From NCBI RefSeq assembly GCF_963921235.1, contig NC_086129.1:6634001-6698000 (forward strand): a stretch of DNA of 64,000 nucleotides, read 5' to 3'. Under the pieces are notes generated by a model. The model was not told the origin of the DNA. It saw nothing but the letters and a program-made list of their open reading frames with translations, and did no database searches. The DNA is from Mobula hypostoma (taxonomy: Eukaryota). Below, one piece after another: positions 61,301-64,000 of the stretch. The position numbers and the translations under genes are program-made. Position 1 is the stretch's first letter, and each line of letters starts with the position of its first letter.

Positions 61301-62192
61301 CTAGTTGGTTCCTCGACATGTTGGTTCAAAAATCCATCCCGCATACATTCCAAGAAATCCTCTTCCTCAGCACCTTCACCAATTTGGTTCACCCAATCTA
61401 CATGTCGATTGAAATCACCCATTATAACTGCTGTTCCTTTATTGCACACATTTCTAATTTCCTATTCAATACCATCTCCGACCTCACTACTACTGTTAGG
61501 TGGCCTGTACACAACTCCCACCAGCGTTTTCTGCCCCTTAGTGTTACGCAGCTCTGCCCATATCGATTCCACATCTTCCCGGCTTATGTCCTTCCTTTCT
61601 ATTGCGTTAATGTCATCTTTAACCATAAGGCATTGGTGAGGCCGAATCTGGAGTATTGTGTTCAGTTTTGGTCACCAAATTACAGGAAGGATATAAATAA
61701 GGTTGAAAGAGTGCAGAGAAGGTTTACAAGGATGTTGCCAGGCTTGAGAAACTCAGTTACAGAGAAAGGTTGATTAGGTTAGGACTTTATTCCCTGGAGC
61801 GTAGAAGAATGAGGGGAGATTTGACAGAGGTATATAAAATTATGATGGGTATAGATAGAGTGAATGCAAGCAGGCTTTTTCTGCTGAAGCAAGGGGAGAA
61901 AAAAAAAACAGAGGACATGGGTTAAGGGTGAGGGGGGAAAAGTTTAAAGGGAACATTAGCGGGGGCTTCTTCACACAGAGAGTGGTGGGAGTATGGAATG
62001 AGCTGCCGACGAGGTGGTAAATGCGGGTTCTTTTTTAACATTTAAGAATAAATTGGACAGATACACGGATGGGAGGTGTATGGAGGGATATGGTCCGTGT
62101 GCAGGTCGGTGGGACTAGGCAGAAAATGGTTCGGCACAGCCAAGAAGGGCCAAAAGGCCTGTTTATGTGCTCTAATTTTTCTATGGTTTCTA
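58372..62192 (+). mobile_element. CR1 3' half split by a nested antisense CR1
   Basis: [11 protein letters not shown]...KFADDTK before the insertion; KALVRPNLEYCVQFWSP after it; tail TTTCTATGGTTTCTATG. Confidence 0.92.
58922..61624 (-). mobile_element. Young CR1 with near-complete ORF2 (EN and RT) and few disruptions
   Basis: ORFs of 163, 194, 116 and 336 aa with IMGDFN, GDHNMVEF, YLDYQKAFDKVPH, KFADDT; (TTTCTATG)n tail; possible TSD ATAA at 58918-58921 / 61625-61628. Confidence 0.95.
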
Positions 62193-62194
62193 TG

Positions 62195-62462
62195 GACTGC
62201 CCAAGCCCCGCTGCAAAAGGAGGAGGGTCGGGCATGGATCTAGGCACCCCATCCCGTGAAAACCCAGTGAGACAAAAACGTCAGCTGAATCTCCACAGGC
62301 CTCATCCCTGGGATCAGAAGGACTTTCCCCTGAAGATCATTGAAGTCGTGTGGTGAAAGGAGAAGCCACAGGGCTGATCAACCTTCGCCCTGGACAGGGG
62401 ACTCTGGCGAGCTGCTGCTGGCGGCCTGTGCCCCGAAAGGCCTGCGGGGCTGACGAAGAAAC
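62195..62462 (+). mobile_element. Internally deleted RTE-type element
   Basis: RTE 5'-like GGAGGAGGGTCGGGCATGG...CCCATCCCGTGAAAA joined to a 3'-like LALDRGLWRAAAGGLCP segment and a short GAAGAA tail. Confidence 0.55.
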
Positions 62463-62524
62463 AGAACAGAAATGAAGGCGGAGGGTAGAGCCTGGTTCCG
62501 TCTCAGGCAGGACTGAAAGGGACA

Positions 62525-62725
62525 AGTTCTGAAACGACAGGCACAAGAGACTGCAGATGCTGCAATCCCGACTCAGAAACGTGATACTGGAGGAACTGAG
62601 CGGGACAGGCAGCATCTGTGGAGAGAAATGTACAATCGACTTTCCGGGTAGAGATCCTTCATCTGGCCTGTCGATTGTCCATTTCCCTCCACAGATGCTG
62701 CCTGACCCGCTCAGTTCCCCCAGCA
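62525..62725. mobile_element. Penelope pLTR remnant with fold-back
   Basis: Arms 62587-62640 and 62670-62723 are reverse complements with 4 mismatches in 54 nt. Confidence 0.85.
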
Positions 62726-63329
62726 GCTCGTTTTCATTTTTCTCCATGTCTAAAGAAAGTCAGATTGGGGTGTAAAACGGTGGTAAATATTGAAAGTAGC
62801 TACTAAATTAGTTCATGCCATGAAACTGGGGACGTGGAGAGAACTTTGTGCTGTGAGGAGACAGATGCAGTGGTGATGACCGACCCGTGGCTGCAGGACA
62901 AAGACTGGACACTCTTTGTCATAGGGTGGAAAACATTACTTTTTTCGGTGAAATCCTGATTTCGAATGTCCTTCTTTTGAAAAACTTCGTGACTTAACTC
63001 ATGTCCGTCCCGACTCCAACAGAAGGCTCGGTCTCGCTCTTTCTGGACTCCTTCCAGAAGTTGATTTTTAAAAAATCAAAATAAACTTTATTCACCCTTC
63101 TAATATTCGGAAGGATAAACCGTGCAGTGCCTTTATCCAATCAATTTTCATTCGTTGTCAGTGCGGTATTTCGTGTTCTTTTACATTCATTAAAACCGAT
63201 AGGACCGTTGTCGCTCATGTGCCCCCTGGGGTGGTTCACTGCGACAATAACGAGGGGGCTTCCTCAGCCAACCCGGCCCCTCCCTGTCCAGTCGTTGGGG
63301 AACCCGATAGTTTCAATGGCGTCTCTGCA

Positions 63330-63850
63330 GCCTGGAAGGGACCATTAACAGTGGATCCCAGTGGGAAACCCTGTTCTACGGACAACTCCATTTGATGACA
63401 GACAAACAAGTTTCGGGCATCTTTCACCGAGTTAGTGATCTTCCGTTTTCCTGTGCGTCCAGGGAACAGCCCGCGGATCAGTGACCCTTCTGTCACGCAG
63501 CTGCTGTGGCACAGGCCCTTGCATCTTTCTCCACATATCTTCGCCATCCCACAGTCCGCAAAGAGGTGAGTGACCGTCCCGTCTCCACTGCAGTAATCTC
63601 GGGCAGCGCGCTGTGGGAGTGATCTCCGGGCATGCAGCAGGAATCAGACTGGGAGGGTTTCTCTCGCCGCCAGACAGGTAAGGTCTTGGTGACTGTTGGT
63701 GATCTCTGGTGATGAGGCATTCTGCCAGATGGTCTGGACTGTCTGCTCAGAGAACCACTCCGCTGTGTCTATCCAGTCCTTCCCCTGTAGTAGCTGCAGG
63801 ATATTCCGGGCTGACCACTGCGCGGTATTCTTGTAGTCAAAGCTGCTGAA
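63330..63850 (-). mobile_element. Tx1/L1-clade LINE C-terminal remnant
   Basis: EQTVQTIWQNASSP, TVTHLFADC and RGLFPG across frameshifts. Confidence 0.7.
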
Positions 63851-64000
63851 AGAACTGTGACCAGCCTCAATAACACAAGGTTCACATGGAGAGGTTTTCT
63901 GACTGAGACAGACACAGTCTCACAGGGTGTTTACAGGGTAAGGGCAGGACTGATGTTTCCTTCCGCTGGGCAATGGAACCAGGGATCACAGACTCAAAAT

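Overview
Repeat-dense vertebrate genomic DNA, most likely a cartilaginous fish (inferred from the mix of CR1, Penelope, Rex-Babar, Nimb, L1/Tx1 and V-SINE-like elements and from the gene styles). There is a 200-N assembly gap at 25595-25794. Left of the gap is part of a tandem C2H2 zinc-finger cluster. It holds one 633-aa ORF with no KRAB domain (minus strand, 21 intact fingers plus 1 degenerate), a duplicated NRF1-type CpG promoter/first-exon module (1-1865 vs 16570-18424), and several ZF pseudogene remnants. Right of the gap I could reconstruct by hand a complete six-exon RING/B-box/coiled-coil/PRY-SPRY TRIM gene (minus strand, about 502 aa). Most of the rest is nested, decayed retroelements. 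The most notable observations are: (i) an intact minimal hammerhead ribozyme in a Penelope terminus, enclosed by inverted LTR arms just upstream of the ZNF promoter; (ii) a 26x60-bp minisatellite with a 525-codon open frame that seems to have grown out of a Rex-Babar RT coding segment; (iii) a 5-finger internal duplication in the ZNF that diverged mainly at DNA-contact residues; (iv) a TRIM with lost B-box zinc ligands, a duplicated SPRY loop and a read-through C-terminus. I found no CRISPR, rRNA or tRNA genes, and cannot claim a clearly new biological system. Repeat boundaries are approximate and family calls come from motif recognition, not database searches.
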